A DNA stretch of 64,000 nt from Bythopirellula sp. (lineage in GTDB: Bacteria > Planctomycetota > Planctomycetia > Pirellulales > Lacipirellulaceae): positions 960,001 to 1,024,000 of the forward strand of contig OZ244170.1 of NCBI GenBank assembly GCA_965216565.1, written 5' to 3'. Below are positions 29,860 to 42,207 of the stretch, piece by piece (position 1 is the first letter of the stretch; each line of letters starts with the position of its first letter). A program made the translations under genes and the position numbers. The notes below the pieces were generated by a model, which made no database searches, had not been told where the DNA came from, and worked only from the letters and a program-made list of their open reading frames with translations.

Positions 29860-30525
29860 CTAGTGTTCGTCCTGATTTGCCTTTTGGGCATCCTTCCACT
29901 TCAACAAATAAGATTCTCGTACCGTCGGATCGAGTCTTTCTGAAAAGTCTTCCGTTAGGCCGAGAGTCTGAATCAGCTTTTGCACATCGTCTAGATCGCC
30001 AACTCGATGCGATTCTTGACCAGATGCGAGCTTCAGTTGAATAATCTCTTCTATGTTCAGGAACTGGCAGCCATCGATTTCAACGGATGAATTGCCAGGA
30101 ACGGGGAATTCAATCGGCCCTGGTTTGCCATCGCCCGGGTATTGCCCGCTAACAAGAAAGTCGATCTTAACGCCCGTCTCAGCATCACGCAGGTTCCTAC
30201 TGTTCTCAAAAGGTTTGACATACCCACGCCCTTCGAGGTTCGCGTGAATCGCCTCCAACCCTTCCGGCGTGACCAACACATCGACATCTTCAGTAAAACG
30301 TCGATACCCGTGAAAGAAGAGGGCCATGCCGCCCGCGATGGCGTAGTCGACATCGAGCTCATCGAGTCGTTGAGAGAGTCTCTTCAGAGTTTTATGAACG
30401 GCGCTCGCGCCCTCGAAATGCATACTTCCCTCGCGGAGGGCCCAATCGAAATCGCGATCGAGTAGCTGTTCGTAAGTGACCATGTACCTTCTATTATCGA
30501 CAGGATTCCGGACTCTGTCGAGCAT
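29860..30525 (-). CDS. Pol-beta-fold nucleotidyltransferase (AbiEii/MNT-like)
   Basis: YAIAGGMAL...GYRRFTEDVDVLV, KIDFL and LKL...R...DLDDV. The start may be ATG 30483. Confidence 0.75.
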   Translation of the reverse strand: MLDRVRNPVDNRRYMVTYEQLLDRDFDWALREGSMHFEGASAVHKTLKRLSQRLDELDVDYAIAGGMALFFHGYRRFTEDVDVLVTPEGLEAIHANLEGRGYVKPFENSRNLRDAETGVKIDFLVSGQYPGDGKPGPIEFPVPGNSSVEIDGCQFLNIEEIIQLKLASGQESHRVGDLDDVQKLIQTLGLTEDFSERLDPTVRESYLLKWKDAQKANQDEH

Positions 30526-30534
30526 TAAGATTTG

Positions 30535-30631
30535 GGGAGAGTCCAGAGCTTAGAGTCGAGAGTCCAGAGATCACGGGAGACATGTTCTCAAGCAGTCTCT
30601 GGTCTCTAGTCTCAAGACTCTGGACTCTCCC
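30535..30631. repeat. Two-armed element built from 7-nt TCCAGAG-like units
   Basis: 36-bp inverted arms gggagagtccagagcttagagtcgagagtccagaga and tctctggtctctagtctcaagactctggactctccc. The outer 14 bp are perfectly inverted. Confidence 0.88.
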
Positions 30632-31120
30632 CTAGGGCTTCATGATTTCCTCAACCGTGGCATCAAAATCTTCAACCAGGCGGCCTAATACTTCGTGGGT
30701 GAGAGTGGCCGCGACTCGTGTCCTGGGGGCGGATGTTGTTTTTTCGTATCGGCACAGCTCCACCGAGCCACCTCGGCGTAGCAATAGCTCGTAATAGTAA
30801 CGTCCACTCTCGCCCACCTGTGGGGGACTGCTCCGCATTTGTACCATGCAACCATCGGCGTCGGTTTCGATTGGCGAGATGGGTTCGAGCAGATAATTTA
30901 CCCGCTGGCAAAGCGACTTGCTGGCGGACTCCAATGTCGCCAGGTCAATCCCGGCCAGCTCAGGCGTCTCCAGCAAAAACTGAGACACTCCCACGGCCAG
31001 TGCTTCACACTGCTCGACTGCTACGCGTACAGTGCGCGGGCCCTCGCTCACATCGAGCTGTTGTTGCTGTTGGCCAATGATTTGCTTGAGTTCGTCTAAT
31101 AGTTGATCGCGGAGGTTCAT
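30632..31120 (-). CDS. Hypothetical protein translationally coupled to spoVR
   Basis: 162 aa with an ATGA overlap with the spoVR stop and a globular-looking composition. Confidence 0.75.
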   Translation of the reverse strand: MNLRDQLLDELKQIIGQQQQQLDVSEGPRTVRVAVEQCEALAVGVSQFLLETPELAGIDLATLESASKSLCQRVNYLLEPISPIETDADGCMVQMRSSPPQVGESGRYYYELLLRRGGSVELCRYEKTTSAPRTRVAATLTHEVLGRLVEDFDATVEEIMKP

Positions 31121-32646
31121 GCCACGGCCTCTTCTTCGTCGATTTCGACTAGCTCGCCTTGATCCAACTCATGTTCCGAGCCATTGAACGAAAGGACAAC
31201 TTTGGAATCCTCTAGAACTGTTTCCAAATGGACAGGTCGGTTCCAGATGCGTTGCAGGTTTTCTAGCGTGTCGCGAGCATAATCAAGCTGCAACTCCACA
31301 CCAGAGAAATCGTGCTCCAAATAGAGTTCGCCACGATTCTTGTAGTTGCCGTCCACCACCGCAATCATCGGACGGCCCCGGTTGGTCAGGCTTTGCAGTA
31401 GTTGCTGCTTGACCTTGGGGAACTCGCGGCTTTCGATTTCATAAGCTTCAGAGTTTTCGTTGTACCCGAAGCGGAAAAATTTGTGTTCTCGCACAAAGTC
31501 GAGCGTGAAGAACGTATCGATGAATGTCAGATCGTTGTGGATCCGCCGGACTTCAAAAATCTTCTCACGGCCCAACCCAGCATTTGTATTCCAATGTTTC
31601 CGCTCTTGGTAGTCATCGCAATCGTCGAACTCCGAGCCAAACGCACCGCGATTCCAACGGTCTTCGATATTGCGGAATAGCTCAATGCCAACCTTGTAAG
31701 GGTTGAGCTGCGTGGGTGAGCTGGCCATGGTGCCACTATGATGATCGCAGTAATTCACGATGTCGGCCCCGGTGAGGCCCTGGCGAATCATGATGGTCGA
31801 ATGCCAATAGCTGGCCCAACCTTCGTTCATAATCTTGGTCTGAGCCTGCGGGGCAAAGTAATATGCCTCGTCACGAATGATCGCCAGCACGTCCCGTTGC
31901 CAACCTTTGAGCGGAGCGTGTTCTAGCAGGAACAGCATGACATCGCGTTCAGGACGAACGGGATACTTACTGGCGGGCTGTTCTTCCACCGCTTCCCCAT
32001 TGCCATTGCTCTCTTTTCGTGGATTAATGAAAGCATCCATGTAGCTCTTCGCCTTGAACCTTGGCGATTGCGAATCGGATCCCTTATTCTCGTCGAAGTC
32101 GTACCGGCTCTTCTCGTCGCGACGCTGGATAAAGGGGGAATGGATGTCGATCAGGTCTTCGATACTCAAGCAGGCATCGATGAAATCTTCCACCGGCTCG
32201 ACACCGACTTCGTCCATGTGACGACGAATCCGCGTGCCGTGGTTGGCCATGTCGTCCATCATTTTGCGGTTCGTCTGAGAGAACCACTGGTTGCACTTGA
32301 AAAAGTCGCAGTGCCCGTAAACGTGGGCCATCACCATCTTCTGGTCGATCATCCCATTGCAGCGCATTAGATACGCATAGCAAGGATCGTTGTTGATGAC
32401 CATCTCGTAGATTTTTTGCAGCCCGTAATGGTAACCTTTGGAAAGCTGTTCGTACTCCATCCCAAATCGCCAGTGGGGATAACGCGTGGGGAACCCGCCC
32501 CGTGCGGCAATGGCGTTCAGTTGGTCGGCATCAATCAGTTCGAAGATGGTCGGGAAGAAGTCTAAGCCATAACTGCGGGCATACTCTTCCACCTCGACCT
32601 GAATGGCGGCCAATTCTGGAGTCAGGTTGCCAAATTCTTGAGCCAT
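31117..32646 (-). CDS. spoVR: SpoVR/YcgB family protein
   Basis: FPTRYPHWRFG, IYEMVINNDP, AHVYGHCDFFK, TKIMNEGWASYWH and NPYKVG. Confidence 0.95.
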   Translation of the reverse strand: MAQEFGNLTPELAAIQVEVEEYARSYGLDFFPTIFELIDADQLNAIAARGGFPTRYPHWRFGMEYEQLSKGYHYGLQKIYEMVINNDPCYAYLMRCNGMIDQKMVMAHVYGHCDFFKCNQWFSQTNRKMMDDMANHGTRIRRHMDEVGVEPVEDFIDACLSIEDLIDIHSPFIQRRDEKSRYDFDENKGSDSQSPRFKAKSYMDAFINPRKESNGNGEAVEEQPASKYPVRPERDVMLFLLEHAPLKGWQRDVLAIIRDEAYYFAPQAQTKIMNEGWASYWHSTIMIRQGLTGADIVNYCDHHSGTMASSPTQLNPYKVGIELFRNIEDRWNRGAFGSEFDDCDDYQERKHWNTNAGLGREKIFEVRRIHNDLTFIDTFFTLDFVREHKFFRFGYNENSEAYEIESREFPKVKQQLLQSLTNRGRPMIAVVDGNYKNRGELYLEHDFSGVELQLDYARDTLENLQRIWNRPVHLETVLEDSKVVLSFNGSEHELDQGELVEIDEEEAVA

Positions 32647-32668
32647 ATCTGTGCTCCTCGGTCCTTGC

Positions 32669-32860
32669 TTAGGCGGCTTGTAGCACCTTGAATCGATCCT
32701 TCGTCAGTGTGAATATCACATCGTAGAGCCGTGGTAATTCGAGCGCTAACTGACGTCGGGCCAATGCAATGGCGTCTTCGGGCGACGCTGCCTGGACCAT
32801 CACTACAGAATGGCCCAACGAAACATGGAAGTTCTTCAAGTTGTTCAACTGGTCTCGCAT
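32669..32860 (-). CDS. Small hypothetical protein (63 aa) within the prkA operon
   Basis: AGAAGGGGA Shine-Dalgarno-like sequence before the ATG. Fills the gap, ends 22 bp before spoVR, and has a plausible beta-beta-alpha pattern. Confidence 0.65.
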   Translation of the reverse strand: MRDQLNNLKNFHVSLGHSVVMVQAASPEDAIALARRQLALELPRLYDVIFTLTKDRFKVLQAA

Positions 32861-32888
32861 TTGTCTGTCCCCTTCTGGAAAAGTTGTG

Positions 32889-32975
32889 TCCCTCCACCCG
32901 CGGGGTGAAGTTAGCAGAGGGCTGAAACGTGTCGATCAAATCTCCCCTAACCCCTCCTTTTCAAAGGAGGGGGAC
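32889..32975. repeat. CCCTCCCC-family palindromic element (one arm decayed)
   Basis: tccctccacccgcggggtgaagttagcagaggg ... ctcccctaacccctccttttcaaaggaggggga, same layout as 13146-13236. Confidence 0.7.
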
Positions 32976-32986
32976 TAATGAATGAC

Positions 32987-34096
32987 TTACTTCCCTTTGC
33001 CTAAAAACGTTTTGATGGATTGATAGATTCCGTCTTTGTCCGGAATCTCCGATAGTATCAGTGAGTCGTCGTCGCTGTACTGTTTGCGTAGTGCGTCGAT
33101 AAAGTCGCCACTGCCATACGGGCTTTCTACCTGGCCGTAGCAAAAGATATTGCTGGCGGGCAGCAGGCAATCTGAAAGCAAGTCGAAGGCCTGACGGTTG
33201 TCGTCGCCCCAGTTGTCTCCGTCGGAGAATTGAAAGCAGTAAATGTTCCAGTCGTCCACAGGGAACGAGTGATTGATCAACTCCGCACACACCTTGTAGG
33301 CGGAACTAATCCGAGTGCCGCCGCTCTCGCGGGTGTGATAAAACGTATGTTCGTCGACTTCCTTAGCCACTGCGTCGTGGATGATGTACCGGGTTTCAAT
33401 GCCCTGGTACTGGCTGCCGAGCCAAGTGTCGATCCAAAATGCCTCGGTTCGGACGATTTCTTTTTGCTCGTCGGTCATCGACCCCGAAACGTCCATCAAG
33501 TAAATGACCGCCGCATTCACTTGCGGTTGGGGCACGTCGTTCCACGAGCGATATTGCTTGTCGCTTTTGATAGGAACCACACGAGGGTCCGCCGGTTCGT
33601 AGCTGCCTGTGGAAATCTGACGGCGGAGGGCGTTGAGGTAAGTCCGCTTAAAATGCCTCAGCGACTCGGGGCCATTTTGGCGGATGCTGTTGTACTTAGA
33701 CTTTTCCGAAACAATGTTTGCAGTCCCTTTGGGCTGAATGCGGGGCAGCTCCAGTTCATCGCCCAACATGGCAGCCAACTCGTCGAGGTCCACTTCGACT
33801 TCCAGATAGTGCTCGCCACCCGGATCACTTCCTGCACCGCCAGAACCCGCTGGGCCTTCGCCCGGCTTTCCAACGGGGTCGCCCACTTCACCTTCACCTT
33901 GGCCCACGCCGCCGGAACCATTTTTGCCGAATTTGAATCGAGGCACGTCGAGCTGCGGAACGGGGATGCTAACAACATCTTTTCCCTTCCGGCCGATCAT
34001 CTCGCCGTGAGTGATGTATTTTCGGAGATTGTCGCGAATGCGACCGCGGACAATCTGTTTGAAGCGACGTTGGTCGCGTTCGATATCCATCACCAT
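32987..34096 (-). CDS. DUF444 / YeaH-YhbH family vWA protein
   Basis: GVGQG, MIDAS motif MDVSGSM, ESGGT-x-ISSA and FSDGDNW. Confidence 0.93.
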   Translation of the reverse strand: MVMDIERDQRRFKQIVRGRIRDNLRKYITHGEMIGRKGKDVVSIPVPQLDVPRFKFGKNGSGGVGQGEGEVGDPVGKPGEGPAGSGGAGSDPGGEHYLEVEVDLDELAAMLGDELELPRIQPKGTANIVSEKSKYNSIRQNGPESLRHFKRTYLNALRRQISTGSYEPADPRVVPIKSDKQYRSWNDVPQPQVNAAVIYLMDVSGSMTDEQKEIVRTEAFWIDTWLGSQYQGIETRYIIHDAVAKEVDEHTFYHTRESGGTRISSAYKVCAELINHSFPVDDWNIYCFQFSDGDNWGDDNRQAFDLLSDCLLPASNIFCYGQVESPYGSGDFIDALRKQYSDDDSLILSEIPDKDGIYQSIKTFLGKGK

Positions 34097-34130
34097 GGGT
34101 GATAGTTCTCCAATCTTTCAGTGCTTGGGC

Positions 34131-36182
<2,052 letters not shown>

Positions 36183-37262
36183 GGTCCTGCTCCTAAGGTA
36201 GGCGGCTTCGCCGCTCGGGTCTCTGAATGAGTTGCTACTTATGAATCTATGGATTTCGCCTTATCTACATCGCCACACAGGTTCAAGCCTCGCGCAGCGG
36301 CGGACTCAAAAGTGCTGTGATTTCTCGTTATGTTAATGCCAACGGTTGGCAGCGCTTCCATGCGCATTCGATTAGGTGCGTGGTTCCGACAATTTTCGAG
36401 CAGGTCTAGGCAGACCGGGCTCTGTGCGATCGATGGGGAAAAGGTTGATTGGCAGAAACCAATCAATTCCTCGGAGGGAGACGAAACTTCCCGACTAGGA
36501 GCCGTCTGAGTGAGGAAAAGAACGCACACGCGGAAAAAGGGCGATACAAACTGCCCCTCTTTGCATGTCTTGATGCACGCGCCTAATAGAAGGTTGGCAA
36601 AGAGCGCTGAGGTTCATTCACCGATTGGCTTGCCAGATTGGCGTTTCTACAAGCCAGTCTAGTGGTGCTGCGGGCGACAAATCCTGACAGCACGTTTCTA
36701 CTTCTAGTATCGACACAAATTCCAACTAGGGCAACATCGAGTTTTGTCCTACAACGTTGCGGGAATATCTCCCGAGTGGTCAAGCATCGCAATTTCTGGC
36801 AAAAACAACGTGATTCATTGATTCATTTAGAAATATAAGCTCACCTCTCCCTCTACAGAAATAATAGCTGCGCCAGAATCCCCCCGGTGGAGCGGATTGG
36901 ACAATTGTGGGCGATAATGGCTCTCCAGGGCTGGTCGAATTACTGGCATTGATAGCCCTTTTCAGATCCAGGGCGATTTCAGACGCCTTTTCTAGGGCTT
37001 TCAGGGTTTAGCCCAGGCTCTCAGCCAGTGCTGTGCGTCAACTTAGGGGCTTTCAATGGAATCTTCGGATTCTTGCGACTTTGACGAAAGTAGCGATTGT
37101 CCGTGAGCCGATACCAGCAGTACGTGCAAGTTCCCGGGGGGGCTACCGAGACGCGCATGCTGCGGACAATAGGTCCCAAATTGTGTGTCGAAGACCAGCC
37201 AGACAGCCAATTTGCTCGCAAGGCCATACGATCTTGTGAGATTCGCTGTCGAAGGTCGATCC

Positions 37263-38780
37263 ATGATACTCACCCGGAAATATCTACAACGGACATTACT
37301 TGTTGGCGGTCTCACTGCTACGTGGGCGCTTGCGGGAATGTTTTCCCCAGCCTCTGCGCAATCGCTTCGATTTCAGCGTCCTGCAGAATCGCGGCAGTTG
37401 GCGAAAGAAAGGCAGGTGAACGAAGGTTTTCGCTCGCCCAATTCGACAACCCAAGCGACCCAACCCAAGGCCTCTGCGCGCACAGTCCCTTCCAAACGGG
37501 CAAACCAAAAGACAGCTAACACACGCTCCACGTCCTCCACAGCGCCACGCGTTGCGGAGGTGCAAGTAACGCGTCCTCAAACGTCCACGGTCAAGTTGCC
37601 GTTGGAAGTCGCCCAGAGTATTTACGAACTACGCAACGGCGCCCAAGCGAGTCGCGAGAAGGTGCGTCAGACCCAGCATGTGCCTCAATTGGCTCAGGCA
37701 GAGGGCTCCGAAGAAATTCCAGCACCGGTCTCAGGATCGGGAGAGACAGAATACATCCTCGAAGGTGAAGAATTTGGAGGATACGAATATGGAGCGCCCT
37801 GTGCCTCTTGCCAAGGAGGCGGCGGCGGTTGCAACTGTGGCTATGGAGTGGAACCAGGCTGCGGATGCGCTGGGCAGGGATGCGGCGGCGGGGTCGGCTG
37901 TGGGAGCTGTGTTGGTGCTCCCGGGCCCGACTACTGGTGTTTCCCCGTTTGCCTACCACGATTCAAGGATCTAACGATCTGGGGTGGTGTCCATGGATTC
38001 CGTGGCCCTCGAGATTTCTATGCACCGGGAGTGTCTGTGCCCGGTTCGAGAAGCGATTCCAATTTCGGATTCCAAACCGGTTTTAACCTCAGCGGGCGAG
38101 CTCCGTTGGTCGGCTTGGTGTTTCCGGAGCTGAGCTACCAACTCGGTTACCAGGCCGTGGGTAGTCGGCTGTCGGGTACTGTTAACGACACTAGCGACCG
38201 AAGCCAGCAGTTTGTCACCGCCGGCTTCTTTCGGCAGGTGCAAAGTGGCTTTCAGTATGGACTTGTCTGGGACATGGTAAATGATGATCTCCACATGGAG
38301 CACGACATCCACCAAATACGGTATGAACTGAGCCTAAAGAGTCCTCAAGGTCGAGAGATTGGTTTCTGGGCTACGAACTCGACTAATACCGTAGATATCC
38401 TGGGTGTCGGATACGCTGCCGTAGATCAATACGCTGCCTTTTATCGCTGGGACTTTGGCAAGAGCTCAAGTGGTCGATTCTGGGGCGGTTTTACCGAAGA
38501 CAGTGAAGGCCTATTCGGTGGGCAATTCATTACGCCCATCAACGATCGTTGGTCGGTGGAATCGGTATTCAACTATCTGATCCCCGACGAAGACGCAGGC
38601 CTGGCCGGCGTCAGTCAGGAATCTTGGAACGTCGGGATCAACTTCGTTTGGCATCTCGGACGCACAGCACGCAAGTGTGCACGCAGCCCCTATCGGCCTT
38701 TATTCTCGGTCGCTGACAACGGCTGGTTGTTCGTCGATCGAGCCAATGCCGCAGGAAATGGCGACAACGATATCAATTAA
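37263..38780 (+). CDS. Secreted protein with a Cys/Gly-rich linker and a predicted outer-membrane beta-barrel (DUF6666-like)
   Basis: Signal peptide (...PASA), a disordered region, a C/G-rich patch and alternating aromatic beta-strands, ending YRPLFSVADNG. The family name is from recall. Confidence 0.7.
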   Translation: MILTRKYLQRTLLVGGLTATWALAGMFSPASAQSLRFQRPAESRQLAKERQVNEGFRSPNSTTQATQPKASARTVPSKRANQKTANTRSTSSTAPRVAEVQVTRPQTSTVKLPLEVAQSIYELRNGAQASREKVRQTQHVPQLAQAEGSEEIPAPVSGSGETEYILEGEEFGGYEYGAPCASCQGGGGGCNCGYGVEPGCGCAGQGCGGGVGCGSCVGAPGPDYWCFPVCLPRFKDLTIWGGVHGFRGPRDFYAPGVSVPGSRSDSNFGFQTGFNLSGRAPLVGLVFPELSYQLGYQAVGSRLSGTVNDTSDRSQQFVTAGFFRQVQSGFQYGLVWDMVNDDLHMEHDIHQIRYELSLKSPQGREIGFWATNSTNTVDILGVGYAAVDQYAAFYRWDFGKSSSGRFWGGFTEDSEGLFGGQFITPINDRWSVESVFNYLIPDEDAGLAGVSQESWNVGINFVWHLGRTARKCARSPYRPLFSVADNGWLFVDRANAAGNGDNDIN

Positions 38781-39028
38781 CACATGCCCCCCCTGGGGAC
38801 TGGTATCCTGTCGAAGTGTCCGCTCGAGTTTGCCCGAATCTGTGGTGCAAGTGTTGCAAGCAGGCCACCAATTTCTGCGAAAATGGCTAATTTACGCCGT
38901 TCAACGCGATTTTGGCGCTGCCGTATGCCGAATCGGTGAGTACACTTATAAGCTTTCACTGAGCCGGTTATTGCCCAGTAATGGCCCCGGCACCAAGAGA
39001 TTAGAACTTTTTTTGGGAGTATCGAATC

Positions 39029-39295
39029 ATGCAAACGGTTCAAGCGAATTGGGAGGACGATGAAAACAATCGCCAGGTAGAGTTTTCCGTGGCTTACACA
39101 CGCCAGGAAGACAATCTGGAGATCAAATCGATTACTCCCAGCAAAGTGACTTTTTTCTGCCCCGAAACGAAGAACCCTGTCCGCACGATCAACGTTTGGA
39201 CCGACAAGGGACGCGAGTTGCTCAAAGGGCAGTTGCACACCAGTGGCAACTTAGACAAGATCGAAGAGCAGGTTGAAGCTTCGCTAGCCGTCTAG
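39029..39295 (+). CDS. Hypothetical protein (88 aa)
   Basis: GGGAG ribosome-binding site upstream and a terminator directly downstream. Confidence 0.75.
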   Translation: MQTVQANWEDDENNRQVEFSVAYTRQEDNLEIKSITPSKVTFFCPETKNPVRTINVWTDKGRELLKGQLHTSGNLDKIEEQVEASLAV

Positions 39296-39321
39296 GCTTT
39301 GAAGAAATACGAAGAACCAAT

Positions 39322-39352
39322 AGCCCGTTGGTATCTGCCAACGGGCTTTTTT
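39322..39352 (+). terminator. Rho-independent terminator
   Basis: agcccgttgg-tatctg-ccaacgggct perfect 10-bp stem followed by a T run. Confidence 0.85.
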
Positions 39353-39371
39353 ATTGTGCCAGGAGATGGCA

Positions 39372-40547
39372 TCAACGGCGATCGAGATTGATTCGCAAGG
39401 GGGTCAGAACGCGACTCGGGTCTTGGCCGCGTTCGACGGACGGCTGGCCAAGGGCTGTTGTGTCGGCCCCCCATTGATCGAATGTCACTTTCAGTTCCAT
39501 CTCTTTCAACTTAGGACCCCGTCCAAGTTGCCGTTTCACTTTCAACACGACGCTATCATTGGCCCGATGTCTGGCGATCCGCTGAGTTAGTTCTCGAAAG
39601 TTCTTAACCGCCTTGCCATCGATATGCGTGATGTGGTCTCCCTTTTTCAGACCTGCGTTTTCAGCAGCCGTGCCAGGAACCACCTCCATGACGATTGCCT
39701 TGGGATGTTCGTTTCCTCGTATTCCCAGTTTTGCGCCTCCGCGAACCTCCAGAGTGGTACGCTGCGGAAGTCTCGCTTCCAATTGTTCCACAACCTCGTC
39801 CGAAATATTCATTCCGTAGAGTTCAATCCGACGAAGTTGCGGTAAGTCGAGCAGGATGGTTGCGACTTCGTCTCCTAACTTTGCCGAGTGAAAGCTAAGC
39901 GTAATCACCCTACGGAGGTCGCGTAACGGGCTAAGCCCAGCGACTCCTCCCGTCCAATCCTTGTCGATAGTTATCTGAAGCGGACGCACATTGCCGCCGG
40001 GAAGTTGCAAGACAGGAATCCTATTCTGTGTGTCAATCGTGCAATGCGCACCAAGCTCAAGAATCTTGGTCAGTGCCGCCAGTTCCTTGGCATTGGCGAG
40101 CAGTTCGCCAGCTAGGAGCGATTCCTGGGGGTGATCTTCCAACCCGATGATTTTCTTGAGGGCCGCGATCCTCAACTTGTGCCGCTTCGTTTGTTCCGAC
40201 CAAGCCAGCAGAATATTGAGCGCACGCGTCGAACTTTCCAGACTGCCTGAACTTGCCTCTTTGGCAATTTTGTCCAATGCCGCCATTCCCGCTTCTGAAA
40301 GATTCTCCTGAGCGTTTTCGCGATTGTCGAAGAGATTGTCGTCGAGCTCTGAAATCCAGCGATCAATCTGTTCGGCAGTAGGCGGCTCACTCTTGGCTGC
40401 TTCTTCATCTGCTGGTTGAGAAGTGGTCTGGGGAGCTGGCTCAGTTGGTTGAGATGACTCGGCGGCCTGAGAGATGGCGTAACGGCTGAGACCAACCACG
40501 ACGGTCGCAACAACCAGCCCACTAATCATCGCGCGAACGAATTTCAT
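39372..40547 (-). CDS. Exported PDZ-domain protein with helical and LRR-like segments
   Basis: Signal or anchor, WISELDDNLFDNRENA helical repeat, LRRIELYG and a PDZ domain (LGI...VVPGTAAENAGLKKGDHITHIDG). Start uncertain (40547 or 40568). Confidence 0.75.
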   Translation of the reverse strand: MKFVRAMISGLVVATVVVGLSRYAISQAAESSQPTEPAPQTTSQPADEEAAKSEPPTAEQIDRWISELDDNLFDNRENAQENLSEAGMAALDKIAKEASSGSLESSTRALNILLAWSEQTKRHKLRIAALKKIIGLEDHPQESLLAGELLANAKELAALTKILELGAHCTIDTQNRIPVLQLPGGNVRPLQITIDKDWTGGVAGLSPLRDLRRVITLSFHSAKLGDEVATILLDLPQLRRIELYGMNISDEVVEQLEARLPQRTTLEVRGGAKLGIRGNEHPKAIVMEVVPGTAAENAGLKKGDHITHIDGKAVKNFRELTQRIARHRANDSVVLKVKRQLGRGPKLKEMELKVTFDQWGADTTALGQPSVERGQDPSRVLTPLRINLDRR

Positions 40548-40730
40548 TTTTCTTAGATAGGAGTGCATGGCGGCTGTGTGGAAAGCGAACCGTATTGCGG
40601 TGAATATCGACTGAGTGCCTCCTCTCATTGTAGCATTCTTGGCGAATTGGGGCGCAAGTTGGATGTTTTCCGACTCGTCGAGATTTGCCCGGAGTTGTGG
40701 CCGGAGAAGCTGTTTATTAGGCTCGTAGTC

Positions 40731-41924
40731 ATGGAACTGGCATTACTTGGCTCCGATTACGACACTGTTTCCCTGACAACCGCAGCCCACAATTTGGGCC
40801 ACGCGATCGTGTGGACTGGCGACACCGACTGGGCTCGCCAAGAGTTTCAGCTGCCGTGGCTCACCGAGCAAGATCAGCACGACAATTGGGAATCGCTATT
40901 AGACAGTGGGTTTTGCGATGCAGTCTTGGTAGGTCGGGGCAGTATGCCAATAGCCCTGCGGCAAGAGCAGCTTAGCCAGTTGATGAAAAACGGCATCGCT
41001 GTGCTGACTTCGTTTCCGATTTTCGACTCGGTCCTTGCCTACTATGAAATCGACATGGTCCGCAACGAGACAGGCGCCCTGTTGCGGCATTACAATCCGC
41101 TGGCAAATTACGGCGATCAATCTAACTCTTGGCTCATGCGAGGTAGAGAAGAGGTAGGTCGTATCGAACAGGTTCGCTGGGAACGTCCGCTGGAAGACCG
41201 GAGCCGTGAGAATGTCGTTCGCCACTTTGCCCGTGACGTGGCGGTATTGGAGAGTGTCGCTGGTCGGCTGAATCGGCTGGGCGCACACGGTTCGGGCGAC
41301 GAGGCCGCTACCTATTCCGGATTGAGTGTGCAGCTCATTGGAAAATCCGAAATCCCAGTCCAATGGTCCGTTCGACCCGCCAAGTCGCAAGTCACATCGC
41401 AGTTAACTGTGCTGGCTGAACACGGCGAGATCAATGCATCATTCTCACGAAGTGGCCAGCTAGTGAGCATGGGTGCCGATTACGACGACGGCAATGCAGA
41501 CGCCGATTCGATCCAACCGGCGGACCCTTGTGAGCGTGAAATCGAACAACTCGAAAAGGCCCTGACTCAGGGTGGCCCGTCTTCCACCTGGCCCGAGGCA
41601 TTGCACGGCATGGAATTGGCCGACACGATCGAAATCAGCTTGCGACGTGGGCGGATGATCGACATCCACCCGCAACAGCTAACTGAGGACCTGGCCTTCA
41701 AGGGCACGATGTCTGCCGCGGGTTGTGGCGTGCTGATGATCTTGCCCCCACTATTGCTGTTCTTAGGTTGGATAGCCGGTCTGGTCGGCCTGCCTGTCGC
41801 CGACTATTGGGAGCATGCGTTGCTGGCGCTGCTGTCTTTGTTTCTGGCGATCCAATTTCTGCCGAAATTGCTTGCGGATCCAAAATCTGAAACGGATGCA
41901 GCCGATTCAGATCTCGCCGAGTAA
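40731..41924 (+). CDS. Gfo/Idh/MocA-like (probably degenerate) oxidoreductase-fold protein with two C-terminal TM helices
   Basis: MELALLG start, WESLL...CDAVLV and ALHGMELADTIEISLRRGR, followed by a hydrophobic hairpin. Confidence 0.6.
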   Translation: MELALLGSDYDTVSLTTAAHNLGHAIVWTGDTDWARQEFQLPWLTEQDQHDNWESLLDSGFCDAVLVGRGSMPIALRQEQLSQLMKNGIAVLTSFPIFDSVLAYYEIDMVRNETGALLRHYNPLANYGDQSNSWLMRGREEVGRIEQVRWERPLEDRSRENVVRHFARDVAVLESVAGRLNRLGAHGSGDEAATYSGLSVQLIGKSEIPVQWSVRPAKSQVTSQLTVLAEHGEINASFSRSGQLVSMGADYDDGNADADSIQPADPCEREIEQLEKALTQGGPSSTWPEALHGMELADTIEISLRRGRMIDIHPQQLTEDLAFKGTMSAAGCGVLMILPPLLLFLGWIAGLVGLPVADYWEHALLALLSLFLAIQFLPKLLADPKSETDAADSDLAE

Positions 41925-42207
41925 TGAATAAGCTCGCCCTCGACGCATATCCGCCGTTCATTGACCAGCCGGAGGCTCACCTGCCTCCGAAGTGCGTCGG
42001 ACCGCCCATCACGGCGTGTAGATAGTGGCGGTCTGCTCAAAAGCAGCCCAGCACCTGACTACAGCAACTCACTAGCACCTGCGTGCCCTGTAAAACTTTG
42101 CTGGTTGGGCAAAAGTTGCCGTTCTCTGGTTGCCGATTCTTTCAGTGGAGGGAATGGTTCTGCTGAACTTGCCGCGACGTTGCACGTTGCTGGGCGAGAA
42201 AAAGCAT

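Noticed and set aside
33230..34102. 290-aa antisense ORF, and similar ones at 47164-48108 and 56075-56947
   Set aside because: They lie opposite well-conserved genes and reflect codon bias. No recognisable motifs.
36239..36529. 96-aa ORF upstream of prkA
   Set aside because: GTG start without a convincing RBS and no recognisable motif. It cannot be supported as a gene.
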